Source of the DNA: Bacteroidales bacterium
Lineage (GTDB): Bacteria; Bacteroidota; Bacteroidia; Bacteroidales; UBA932
Assembly (NCBI GenBank): GCA_017554305.1
Contig: JAFZIN010000017.1
Location: 1,919 to 65,918, forward strand
DNA length: 64,000 bases
Direction: 5' to 3'
The position numbers and the translations under genes are program-made. Below, one piece after another: positions 44,971-53,423 of the stretch (position 1 is the first letter of the stretch; each line of letters begins with the position of its first letter). The notes under the pieces are model-generated. The model searched no databases and was not told where the DNA came from. It saw only the letters and a program-made list of their open reading frames with translations.

Positions 44971-45687
44971 ATGAAGATTAGCATAGACAGAATGTTTCAA
45001 GTCTTGAAAGACGAACTTGAAAATGACAATACAGGTAAAATCACATTCTCGCTAGCAGAAGTTGAAATTGTTGTGAAGCAGAATAATGTTGTTGGAAATA
45101 TCATTGAAGAATGGTTGGATAGTTGGATTACAAAGCACGATTACGAACACATCTATAATCACGGGCAATGCTCTCCTGACTTTTGGTTTGACATAAACAA
45201 TTTGAATAAAGATTGGCTTGAAGTCAAGTCTTTTACAGGCTCTGCTAATTTTGACATAGCGAACTTTATGTCGTTCATCAATGAAATCGTAGATAAGCCT
45301 TGGAAACTTGACGCGAAATATCTTTGCATTGAATATTCAATGGAAGAGGCATCTGGTATTGTCTCCATTGATAATGTATGGCTTAAAAATGTTTGGGAGA
45401 TTTCTTGTCCAAGCAGAAAATGGGCGTTGAAGGTTCAAGATAAAAAGGGTGTAATCTATAACCTTCGTCCTGCATCGTGGTATTCAGATAGAAGTGATTA
45501 TTGTCCTTTCAGAACACTTGAACATTTTTTATCTGCCCTTGACTATGTTGTAAAGACATATCCACCGACATCACACATAGGGCTGACATTTAGGAATAGA
45601 TTGGAAGCGGCTCTCTCTGCTCACAAGGGCACTCAATTTCATATTCCGCTCTGGCAAGATATAGCGGAACAATATGACTGGGAATAA
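44971..45687 (+). CDS. Type II restriction endonuclease (PD-(D/E)xK)
   Basis: Starts 1 nt after the methyltransferase stop. CSPDFWFDINNLNKDWLEVKSF gives PD...E-V-K. Size 238 aa. The family and specificity are not recognisable by eye. Confidence 0.7.
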   Translation: MKISIDRMFQVLKDELENDNTGKITFSLAEVEIVVKQNNVVGNIIEEWLDSWITKHDYEHIYNHGQCSPDFWFDINNLNKDWLEVKSFTGSANFDIANFMSFINEIVDKPWKLDAKYLCIEYSMEEASGIVSIDNVWLKNVWEISCPSRKWALKVQDKKGVIYNLRPASWYSDRSDYCPFRTLEHFLSALDYVVKTYPPTSHIGLTFRNRLEAALSAHKGTQFHIPLWQDIAEQYDWE

Positions 45688-45690
45688 GGT

Positions 45691-45921
45691 TTATATTGCA
45701 ATTAAATCTCCTTTCAAAACCACCCTTGTTGAGCCGAGAGCCCAACGCCAATTTAAGTCTTTGACAAGACACCTGTCGCTGTCCTCTCCATAGTCATCAA
45801 TGACAAGCATTCGGACACTTTCATCGCCTGGGTCAATTACTTCCCGAAACTTAACATACATCCCTGTAAGGATTGGTTCATCTTGTATATCGCTCATATC
45901 CTTAAAATTGTAAATCATCAT
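45691..45921 (-). CDS. Hypothetical protein (76 aa)
   Basis: Overlaps the stop of the upstream short recombinase gene by 20 nt. No motif recognised. Confidence 0.4.
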   Translation of the reverse strand: MMIYNFKDMSDIQDEPILTGMYVKFREVIDPGDESVRMLVIDDYGEDSDRCLVKDLNWRWALGSTRVVLKGDLIAI

Positions 45922-46501
45922 ATACTTCCCCGAGTTCCTGCTGGCGTAAGCCGATATATCTGCGGGTAATTGACGGGGAGGTATGGTTCATTATCTCACT
46001 CAATTTCAATAGGGCTAATTCTCCTCGTCCTACATTGTTTTCCCGCTCCCATATCTGCCTTGCCCAAGTCTTTCGGAGTGTGTGGGTGCTAAAATTAGCG
46101 ATTTTAAGACAATACTGCACTCTCATCCACTTGAAATGCCTATTTATCATTTGAATAGTGGTTGTAGAGCCGAAACGATTAAGGAAACAAGGTTCATCCA
46201 TATCATCCGCCCCGATACCAAGAGCCTCAGCACAATCCTTAATGTGTCCCTGATAGCCTCTATTTATTCGTACAACCCTCCTTTTTTGGGTTTTCTGTTC
46301 GGTAATGACAAATTCCTCGGCATTGAGAATTTGACGCCAAGATAGAGCCAATAAATCGGAAATTCGTAAGCCAAAGAAACACCCGCATCCTACAAGTAAG
46401 GAAAGACGATATTTGCCATCCTTGTAGAGTTTGCGGACAAGGCTCATTGCGGTTTCCCAAGGCAAGTAATCGGCAGTTGTATAACTATGTTTAGCACTCA
46501 T
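45902..46501 (-). CDS. Short tyrosine recombinase (catalytic domain only)
   Basis: 199 aa. GLRISDLLAL (Arg), THTLRKTWA (His-x-x-Arg), MNHTSPSITRRYIG (His...Tyr). No N-terminal arm- or core-binding domain. Confidence 0.7.
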   Translation of the reverse strand: MSAKHSYTTADYLPWETAMSLVRKLYKDGKYRLSLLVGCGCFFGLRISDLLALSWRQILNAEEFVITEQKTQKRRVVRINRGYQGHIKDCAEALGIGADDMDEPCFLNRFGSTTTIQMINRHFKWMRVQYCLKIANFSTHTLRKTWARQIWERENNVGRGELALLKLSEIMNHTSPSITRRYIGLRQQELGEVYDDLQF

Positions 46502-46613
46502 ATTTCAAATCTTTTAATAAGGAATAAAACTGATATGTTTATTTGTATTTGTCAATATATTTGCTTGATTTTAAGGCAATATGCTACTTCTCGTATAGGT
46601 GGGATATGGAACA

Positions 46614-46955
46614 TTAAGCCCCATATCCGATAAACGAGCCAATCCTCATTGATTTCCACTTTCCGCACTCACAATCTATGAAAGGAATTTGTCCGTAGCG
46701 GAGTTTTGGTTGTGTGCCAATCCGAGACGCTGTTTTTGCCTCAGCGAGAGAGGGTTTTGTTGTTCCCCAAAACTCACGAATAGAGCCATCAACCTTCTGA
46801 AAGTAGCCATGTACGATACCGCTTCTTAGACGAAAGACAAGTTCATTGCACTTTGACATTTGCAAAGCAGCAACAAATGTATCAATGCTTCTCATAGCGG
46901 AATACTTTGCTATTGTAAGTTCCTGATTACTAACTGTCATAATCTGTGTTTTCAT
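46614..46955 (-). CDS. DUF2693-like (SH3 beta-barrel) phage/plasmid-associated protein
   Basis: 113 aa. ...LVFRLRSGIVHGYFQKVDGSIREFWGTT...RYGQIPFIDCECGKWKSMRIGSFI resembles the DUF2693 pattern as I remember it. Confidence 0.45.
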   Translation of the reverse strand: MKTQIMTVSNQELTIAKYSAMRSIDTFVAALQMSKCNELVFRLRSGIVHGYFQKVDGSIREFWGTTKPSLAEAKTASRIGTQPKLRYGQIPFIDCECGKWKSMRIGSFIGYGA

Positions 46956-47110
46956 ATCCTGATACTTATTGGTTGTTTATATTATCTAATTTGTCTCTCT
47001 CTTTCAACGGTACAAAGATATGACAAATAAGCCTTATATGCAAACTTTTTATGACTTTTTAGTCTTTTTTGTCATATTATTTTAAATTTTCTCTAATTTT
47101 GTCTCTTGTT

Positions 47111-47353
47111 ATGAAGAAAACTAAGTTTGAAAAGAAGGTTATTCACCTTACTATCAAGGGCGAAACCCGTGAAGAGGACATTCATTCCTACTACGGGAGC
47201 GTTGCTTGTATCTACGACTATTATGACGCCGAGGATATTGGCATAACTTACGGCTCACTAAGAAATTACGGGCTATCTGAAAATAAATTTTATGAAAATT
47301 CAAAAGTTATAATTAGGCAAGGTAAGTTATTTACAAAAGATAGGAGTGTCTAA
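47111..47353 (+). CDS. Hypothetical protein (80 aa)
   Basis: Start set at MKKTKFEKKV. No motif recognised. Convergent with the Rep-like gene. Confidence 0.4.
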   Translation: MKKTKFEKKVIHLTIKGETREEDIHSYYGSVACIYDYYDAEDIGITYGSLRNYGLSENKFYENSKVIIRQGKLFTKDRSV

Positions 47354-47450
47354 AAGTAAAGTCAAGTTTTTTCTTGTAAAGTCCTTGAGATTGTTAGTAT
47401 TAACTCAAGAACTACTGTTATGGTGGGGGATATTGTTATTCTACCCCCTG

Positions 47451-48305
47451 TCACGACATTCTCAATAAGTCTATCCACTGAATTCTTTCTCGGTTTCGTT
47501 TAAAGCGGATAACTGACGAGAGGTGGTAAATAAAAATCTCCTTAAGAGTATCGTTATCAAAGAGCATGTCTGCTGTTGGAACGATATTCCTATTGCCGAA
47601 ATAATCCTTTAATTCTTGATATGGTAGGCGTACTTCCATACGATATAACCTCTTGGGTTTCTGATAGTAATCAAGGATATACTGCTTGTCTGAGGAGTTC
47701 TCTATTTCAGCCAATTTATCGTATGCTTGAACAACAATGCCAGCGTTCTTGTAACGTTGTGCTTTGCGTTGTTTTATCGTTATGGTAGGGTGCTTTAACC
47801 GCTCCAGGTTAGTAGAATACTCAAAATATATTTCGCTGAGAATTTTCTTTCTATCTTGAACTGCTTTGCCGTTTATTATTGTAGTAACCTCGGCATCACG
47901 CATCATCTTCTTTACCAAGGACGGAATGTTAAAACTGGCATCAAAGGCAATATCTATTGATGTTATGTTGTTGATGATAAATCCAAGAGTGTCAGGTAGT
48001 TTTAAGACGGTGTGGAGTAGTTTAGGGTTATAGAATACAGGGTTCATAACCTTAAAATACGTATGTATGATTTCATCGTCGTTATCCGTGTAATGCCCAA
48101 ATTTTAGTTGTGCTACTTGCTCGTTAAACATAAGTATATCAAAACAATAGCGAAACCTATCGTTGAGTATTCTATAAAAGGAAAAGTCGCCTATTTCAAT
48201 ATGTTCTCCTACTTCAACATTCTCAAATCGTTGTATATCAGCGTTGTTTGCAAGATAACAAATTCGTAGTTCATCTATTACAAATCTATGTTCACTGACT
48301 TTCAT
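47451..48305 (-). CDS. Rep_trans-like rolling-circle replication initiation protein
   Basis: 284 aa. Hallmarks in the right order: N-terminal IDELRICY, ITSIDIAFD, VVQAYDKLAEI, LYRMEVRL. Confidence 0.55.
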   Translation of the reverse strand: MKVSEHRFVIDELRICYLANNADIQRFENVEVGEHIEIGDFSFYRILNDRFRYCFDILMFNEQVAQLKFGHYTDNDDEIIHTYFKVMNPVFYNPKLLHTVLKLPDTLGFIINNITSIDIAFDASFNIPSLVKKMMRDAEVTTIINGKAVQDRKKILSEIYFEYSTNLERLKHPTITIKQRKAQRYKNAGIVVQAYDKLAEIENSSDKQYILDYYQKPKRLYRMEVRLPYQELKDYFGNRNIVPTADMLFDNDTLKEIFIYHLSSVIRFKRNRERIQWIDLLRMS

Positions 48306-48505
48306 GGTTTTTCATTGTTATTGGAATTATTGTTCTTCTCGTCATTACTATCTGGACGATGAGGTACTGTCTGCCAATAGTCCAACATCGCTTGGCGGAT
48401 GTGCTCTTTATGCCATTCGCTTTTCTTTTTGCCTTTACTTGTTTGGCTGATTTTCTGTTTTGTCTCATCGGGTATCTCCCGATATTGTCTCTTGTATTCT
48501 GTCAT
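48302..48505 (-). CDS. Small NUMOD3-like DNA-binding protein
   Basis: 67 aa. IPDETKQKISQTSKGKKKSEWHKEHIRQAM matches the NUMOD3 repeat pattern, with an N/S-rich tail. Its stop overlaps the Rep start (ATGA-type, 48302..48305). Confidence 0.5.
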   Translation of the reverse strand: MTEYKRQYREIPDETKQKISQTSKGKKKSEWHKEHIRQAMLDYWQTVPHRPDSNDEKNNNSNNNEKP

Positions 48506-48831
48506 AGTCTTATCTTTTTCTAATAAATAGTAGTAGGTTTAGAAAAAGTTGAAAGAGTAGTAGAATTTTTTTTTAGAGATTGGCAGATAGACTACGTTTA
48601 CCAAACTAATTGATGCCTACCTTTGATACTATTCGACACCATTTGAGAGGGGGATAACGTCTTAAAAAACAGATAAATTGGGGAGTGTGGGGTGGGGATA
48701 AGAAAAACGGCTTGCTGTGCTGTTCAGAAAGTGATTTCTTGTCTAAAACGAAAACGTCTTATAGAGAACAGAGCGTTTTAGGCGTTTTATTTTTGGGAAT
48801 TAACTCTCGAAATTAGACTTGGTAAAAATTG

Positions 48832-50196
48832 CTAGAAATCAGGCAAAAATGAGTAGTTGAGTTTGGATAGTTCTTTTTCAAGAGAGGTTTGTGTGTATTC
48901 CGAATAAACTTGCTCGGTAATATCGGTAGAACTATGCCCAAGCATACGGCTAACGACAGAAAGGCTCATGCCATCGTTGAGGGCACGACAGGCAAATGAA
49001 TGCCTGGCAAGGTGGAAATGGAGTTTGAAAGGTAGTCCCATCTTCTCCCCGACAACATCTAATGCTTGGTTAATCTTCTTGTTGCAAGAGTTGCGGGTTG
49101 AGTATAAGAGTTCCTGGTTGTTAATGTCAAAATCATCGCTGACTAGGTCAAAGACAAATTTCTTCCTGCGGTTCTTTGCCTTCCATCTTTCAAGAATTTT
49201 AATAGCGGCATCGCTGAGGGGTATGGTGTGGCGCGGCTTATGCCCCTTGGCGGTTTTGATTAGGATTTTCTTCAATTCTTTCTTCTCAAAATTGATATTG
49301 CTCCACATCAGGGTAAGGGTATCCACAAGCCTCAGCCCGCCAGCGTGAAATGCAAATAAGAACATTTCAATATACTCTTTTCTGCGTGGCTCGGTGTCGT
49401 TGTTGTAAAACTCTACTAACTTGTTTAACTGCTCTTTGGTTAAGTCCTTTCCGTCGTAAGTTTCACTATCAAGGTTCGGGGTTTCCTCCACCCTGCAATC
49501 CTTAATTTGAGCATACACGCTGCCTTCTATAAGTCCCTCATCTTTTGCCCTTTCGCAAGCGTTTATGATTGGTGTTAGGGCATGGTTGATTGTGGCATCG
49601 GAATTCTTTTCATCCCGTCGGTATTGGATATACTCATCTATGAGAGCCAATGAAATATCCCCGAGATACAATGCGGACTTATCGTTGTAAGTTCCTTTCT
49701 TCTTTGCTTTTAGGAACTTGGCAAATCCGTTCATACAACTAATCCCGTTCTCATAGCGGCTCTTACCGATTTTGCCTCGGGTGTATTTGGATTTGAGATT
49801 GTCAAGAACATATTGGATAAAATCCTTACCCCCATCCTTCCTTGTAAGTGGGGCATCGTTGAGGATACCCCTGATTACGCTCAATGTCATTTGGTGGGGG
49901 TGCTTCTGACTATATTCTTGGAGGCAGGTATCGTAATGGCTAAGTTTTCCGTGCAGGAGGTTATTCTGCCGTTGATAGTCTCTTCCATAGGAGGCACGGA
50001 GTTCTCCCTTTCCCGAGGAACCCTTCTCGTTCCAATCGTCTACCCTTACCCTTATCCCCGTATCTTTTCGGATAGGGGCGGCATCAAGCCAAGTGTATTC
50101 AAAGTAAAGCGTGTATGTCTTTGTCTTATCGTAGCCGTTTTTGGGATACTTTAACCTTAGTTTTCCATTGGGATATTCCCGCCTGTGCCTACCCAT
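48832..50196 (-). CDS. Tyrosine-type site-specific integrase (Bacteroidetes long form)
   Basis: 454 aa. N-terminal arm-binding-like region, SAM-like core-binding region and catalytic GGLRLVDTLTL, HLARHSFACRAL, LGHSSTDITEQVYSEY. Confidence 0.9.
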   Translation of the reverse strand: MGRHRREYPNGKLRLKYPKNGYDKTKTYTLYFEYTWLDAAPIRKDTGIRVRVDDWNEKGSSGKGELRASYGRDYQRQNNLLHGKLSHYDTCLQEYSQKHPHQMTLSVIRGILNDAPLTRKDGGKDFIQYVLDNLKSKYTRGKIGKSRYENGISCMNGFAKFLKAKKKGTYNDKSALYLGDISLALIDEYIQYRRDEKNSDATINHALTPIINACERAKDEGLIEGSVYAQIKDCRVEETPNLDSETYDGKDLTKEQLNKLVEFYNNDTEPRRKEYIEMFLFAFHAGGLRLVDTLTLMWSNINFEKKELKKILIKTAKGHKPRHTIPLSDAAIKILERWKAKNRRKKFVFDLVSDDFDINNQELLYSTRNSCNKKINQALDVVGEKMGLPFKLHFHLARHSFACRALNDGMSLSVVSRMLGHSSTDITEQVYSEYTQTSLEKELSKLNYSFLPDF

Positions 50197-50241
50197 TGTT
50201 TGTGTGTTTTAATATGTACGAGGATTTCCACAAAGGTACAA

Positions 50242-50307
50242 AAATAGACAAGGAAATCGCTCCTCAAAAAGCAAAATGTGCCACAGGGGTATCGGAAATA
50301 GACAAGG
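50242..50307. repeat. Two 12-bp direct repeats AAATAGACAAGG (50242..50253 and 50296..50307)
   Basis: Perfect copies 54 bp apart, between the integrase start and attR. An 11/12 copy lies near attL. Confidence 0.7.
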
Positions 50308-50324
50308 TTATATGCCACTTTTTT

Positions 50325-50372
50325 AAGCAAAAAAGAGTGGAACAAGGAAATTCTCCATTGTCCCACTCTTTT
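50325..50372 (-). terminator. Terminator supplied by the element for the DUF2795 gene
   Basis: 10-bp arms aaaagagtgg / ccactctttt (50331..50340 and 50363..50372). On the minus strand the hairpin is followed by ttgctt. It lies 43 nt downstream of the DUF2795 stop, inside the element. Confidence 0.55.
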
Positions 50373-50414
50373 AATTTTCAGTCTTTTACTTAAAGAAAAA
50401 GGTTCTCTTTTTGC

Positions 50415-50636
50415 CTAATACTCGTCCTCGTTGAAAAAGAAGTCTTCTTTGCTAGGGTAGTCTGGCCACAGCTCTTCTATGCTGTCATAAACCTCCTCTT
50501 CATCTTCAATATCGTTGAGGTTCTCAATAACCTCATCCGGAGCTCCGGAACGTACGGCGTAATCAAGTAATTCACTTTTGGTAGCAGGCCATGGTGCGTC
50601 CTCAAGTTTTGATGCTAATTCTAGGGTCCAATACAT
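50415..50636 (-). CDS. DUF2795-family small acidic protein
   Basis: 73 aa. MYWTLELASKLEDAPWPATKSELLDYAVRSGAP...EDFFFNEDEY is the conserved Bacteroidetes DUF2795 pattern. Confidence 0.8.
   Translation of the reverse strand: MYWTLELASKLEDAPWPATKSELLDYAVRSGAPDEVIENLNDIEDEEEVYDSIEELWPDYPSKEDFFFNEDEY
50417..50435. repeat. attR-like direct repeat AATACTCGTCCTCGTTGAA
   Basis: Partner of 42855..42873. Forms the last codons (FNEDEY) and part of the stop of the intact DUF2795 gene. Confidence 0.85.
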
Positions 50637-50658
50637 ATCCTTTCCTTTTTTGGGGGGG

Positions 50659-50666
50659 CAAATATA
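50659..50666 (-). promoter_or_regulatory. Bacteroidetes -7 promoter box (TAtaTTTG on the minus strand) followed by C7A6
   Basis: Plus-strand CAAATATA. On the minus strand it is followed directly by CCCCCCC AAAAAA GGAAAGG ATATG (start at 50636). Confidence 0.45.
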
Positions 50667-50678
50667 ATACTATTTTCT

Positions 50679-51257
50679 TTATGGCAACCAAAATTCTTCA
50701 GGAGTATTTGTAATTGTGCAAAAATAGCGTGCAAGTGTGAATAAATAGTCTGAAAGGCGGTTCAGATAGCTCTTACAACTTGCCAGGTTTTTCTCAAGTT
50801 GAGGCTCTGTGGAGTGGATATTTATGCTGTGACGTTCGCAGCGGCGGCACACCGTTCTTGCCACGTGGCAGATGGCTGCCTGAATTGGGGCACCCGGAAT
50901 TACAAAGGCCTTTTGAGGCGGCATCTGGCCCGTCATCTTATCTATCTCCTCCTCCAGGAAGGTGATTTCATTATCATCAAAATCTTTGAGCTTTTTGCCT
51001 GTTCCCTCCTCCGGCATTGCAAAGAAGGCGGAGAGGCACATAAGCTGCTGCTGAATGCGGAGCAAATCTTTACGTATCTGAGTTGCTGTCTTTGTGGTAT
51101 TTGCAGGGTTTTCACTCTCTGCAATAATGAGACCTATGTTGGAGATGAGTTCATCTGCATCTCCGTAAGCCTCCACTCTGGGATCATTTTTAAAGACTCT
51201 TTTACCCCCTACAAGGGATGTTGTTCCCTGGTCTCCTTTCTTTGTGTAAATCTTCAT
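50679..51257 (-). CDS. PduO-type ATP:cob(I)alamin adenosyltransferase
   Basis: MKIYTKKGDQGTTSLVGG N-terminus and a helical-bundle length of 192 aa. Confidence 0.85.
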   Translation of the reverse strand: MKIYTKKGDQGTTSLVGGKRVFKNDPRVEAYGDADELISNIGLIIAESENPANTTKTATQIRKDLLRIQQQLMCLSAFFAMPEEGTGKKLKDFDDNEITFLEEEIDKMTGQMPPQKAFVIPGAPIQAAICHVARTVCRRCERHSINIHSTEPQLEKNLASCKSYLNRLSDYLFTLARYFCTITNTPEEFWLP

Positions 51258-51279
51258 ATTCTATGTTTTTGAGTGGGTT

Positions 51280-52002
51280 CTACTTCTTCTCAAGTGTTGG
51301 GTTTGGGTTGAGGTTGTCACTCTCAATCTGACCGTCTCTTAAGCGTACAATCCTTCTTGCAAAGCGTGAGATATCTTCCTCATGGGTTACCAGAATTATT
51401 GTATTACCCTGAGAGTAAATCTTTTCAAAGATATTCATAATCTCCACGGAGGTCTTGGTATCAAGGTTTCCGGTTGGCTCGTCTGCAAGTATGATGGTTG
51501 GGTTGTTTATGATGGCTCTTGCAATGGCAACTCTCTGCCTCTGACCTCCGGAGAGTTCATTTGGTTTGTGATCCATTCTGTCTGCAAGACCAACCGTCTC
51601 CAACGCTTTAACCGCCATCTCTCTCCTCTCATTTGCAGGAAGACCGGAGTAGATAAGCGGCAGAGCTACATTCTCCAATGCGCTGTAACGCGGGAGCAGG
51701 TTAAATGACTGAAACACAAAGCCTATCTGCTTGTTTCTTACATCTGCCAACTCACCGTCTTCCATCTGGCTCACATCTGTTCCGCCCAGAATATATCTGC
51801 CGGAAGTTGGGGTGTCTAAACATCCCAGGATGTTCATCATTGTACTCTTGCCGCTTCCCGATGGACCCATTATGGCAAGATAATCGTTCTTGTTTATGGA
51901 GAGAGAAACTCCGTCCAGCGCATTTACCTGCTGAGAGCCAAGCTGGTAAATCTTGTATAGATTCTCAATCCTTATTACTTCTTTATTACTGTTTCCTTCC
52001 AT
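51280..52002 (-). CDS. ABC transporter ATP-binding protein (MacB/LolD-like)
   Basis: Walker [10 protein letters not shown], signature [14 protein letters not shown], Walker [12 protein letters not shown]. Confidence 0.9.
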   Translation of the reverse strand: MEGNSNKEVIRIENLYKIYQLGSQQVNALDGVSLSINKNDYLAIMGPSGSGKSTMMNILGCLDTPTSGRYILGGTDVSQMEDGELADVRNKQIGFVFQSFNLLPRYSALENVALPLIYSGLPANERREMAVKALETVGLADRMDHKPNELSGGQRQRVAIARAIINNPTIILADEPTGNLDTKTSVEIMNIFEKIYSQGNTIILVTHEEDISRFARRIVRLRDGQIESDNLNPNPTLEKK

Positions 52003-52031
52003 CTCTTTTCTCCTTCAGTTAAGATTGAGGG

Positions 52032-52736
52032 TTATCCTTTGTGCTGATTCTCAATAAATTGTCTGAAGAACTCCTTGCAGGCCTCCTTTAGGGATTCCAA
52101 TGCAAGAGGTGTGTTCCATTTTGAAGGATCCTCCTCACCCACAGCGTTTGAAACAGTACGCAGTTCCATAAACTTTACATACTCGTTAAGGCAGGTGTAG
52201 AAGAAAGCTGCCCCCTCCATACTCTCTATCTGAGGGTTGTACTTCTTCTTAATCTCTTCAATCATAGCCTTTTCTGCGGTTATGGTCTGAACCGTAACAC
52301 CTACAGCTTTTTTGTATGTGTTGGCAATGTCATTGAAGAAATCAGGCAGCTGAGTCATCTGCAAAGTGCCGTCTTTGAAAGGGAAGAGGTTGGCATCCAG
52401 TGCGTAAGAATCAAAGAGAGTTTGGAATCCCGATGGGGTTCTGAATCCCAGGTCTCCAAAGTACTCTTTCTCTATAAGAGCGGTTGTTCCAATAGGGAAC
52501 GCATTGAGGTCATAACTTCCTGCTATGCCTATATTTACAGCCAGTGCGTATGGGTTGCCTTCTGCCTCCGCTTCAACCAATTTTTTGGTGAGACGGTAAC
52601 AGGTTGAGGTGGTGCCTATTCCGGTTAACATAAAATCTACCTGGGCCTTGCCGGCAATCTGACTCTCATGAAGTCTCAGTGCCTGAAGGGCGCAATCCAG
52701 CTCCTCTTGTTCTGCAGCACAAAATAGTAATCTCAT
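52032..52736 (-). CDS. PNP_UDP_1-family nucleosidase (futalosine hydrolase/MTA nucleosidase-like)
   Basis: 234 aa. MRLLFCAAEQEE...GIGTTSTCYRL...ESMEGAAFF matches the nucleoside phosphorylase-I fold pattern. The exact substrate cannot be inferred. Confidence 0.55.
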   Translation of the reverse strand: MRLLFCAAEQEELDCALQALRLHESQIAGKAQVDFMLTGIGTTSTCYRLTKKLVEAEAEGNPYALAVNIGIAGSYDLNAFPIGTTALIEKEYFGDLGFRTPSGFQTLFDSYALDANLFPFKDGTLQMTQLPDFFNDIANTYKKAVGVTVQTITAEKAMIEEIKKKYNPQIESMEGAAFFYTCLNEYVKFMELRTVSNAVGEEDPSKWNTPLALESLKEACKEFFRQFIENQHKG

Positions 52737-52747
52737 AATCTCTTGTA

Positions 52748-53347
52748 TTAGTGTAGGTCTGAACCTATAAGTCTCATAAACTCCTCTCTGGTCTTACGGT
52801 TGTTGAGGAAAGCACCTGTGAATGCGGAGGTTGTAGTAACGGAGTTCTGCTTCTGTACTCCTCTGATTTGCATACACATGTGAGCGGCCTCAATAACTAC
52901 TGCAACACCCAGCGGATGGAGCGTGTTCTGTATGCAGTCTCTTATCTGAACCGTTAAGCGCTCCTGAACCTGAAGGCGTCTTGCAAAGGCGTCTACCACT
53001 CTTGGAATCTTGCTAAGGCCTGTGATATAGCCGTTTGGAATGTAGGCCACGTGTGCCTTTCCGTAAAACGGAAGCAGGTGGTGCTCACACATTGAGTAGA
53101 GTTCTATATCCTTAACCAGCACAATTTGCTGATACTCTTCCTTAAACATTGCAGATTTGAGAATCTTTACCGGATCTATCTCATAGCCCTGAGTAAGAAA
53201 CTGCATGCTCTTGGCAACTCTCATTGGGGTTTTTCTAAGCCCCTCTCTCTTTGAATCCTCTCCCAGAAGTTCCAAAATTCTTCTATAGTGGTCAGATAAC
53301 TCCTTTGTGGTTTTTGGAGTAAATATTTCCTCTTTCTTGTAAGACAT
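52748..53347 (-). CDS. folE: GTP cyclohydrolase I
   Basis: Start set at MSYKKEEIF (ATG 53347). Motifs [18 protein letters not shown] and [12 protein letters not shown]. Confidence 0.93.
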   Translation of the reverse strand: MSYKKEEIFTPKTTKELSDHYRRILELLGEDSKREGLRKTPMRVAKSMQFLTQGYEIDPVKILKSAMFKEEYQQIVLVKDIELYSMCEHHLLPFYGKAHVAYIPNGYITGLSKIPRVVDAFARRLQVQERLTVQIRDCIQNTLHPLGVAVVIEAAHMCMQIRGVQKQNSVTTTSAFTGAFLNNRKTREEFMRLIGSDLH

Positions 53348-53423
53348 ATCAATCTCTCTGTTGTTCAAATCGGGCACTAAGTTAAGAATTTTAGTATATT
53401 TGTCCCAATCAGATTTTATTACT

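Larger units (their letters stand above)
42855..50435. mobile_element. ~7.6-kb integrative (and possibly replicative) element inserted in the 3' end of a DUF2795 gene
   Basis: Flanked by 19-bp direct repeats (18/19 identical). Integrase at the right end, Xis-like gene at the left end, and the AATAGACAAGG arm-type motif near both ends. Cargo is a restriction-modification pair, a second recombinase, a Rep_trans-like gene and a NUMOD3 protein. Lower GC by hand count (~37% versus ~42-46% in flanking core lines). Confidence 0.85.

Noticed and set aside
50799-51272. 157-aa plus-strand ORF opposite the cobalamin adenosyltransferase gene
   Set aside because: It is antisense to a gene with the diagnostic MKIYTKKGDQGTTSL N-terminus. 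It is a shadow ORF.
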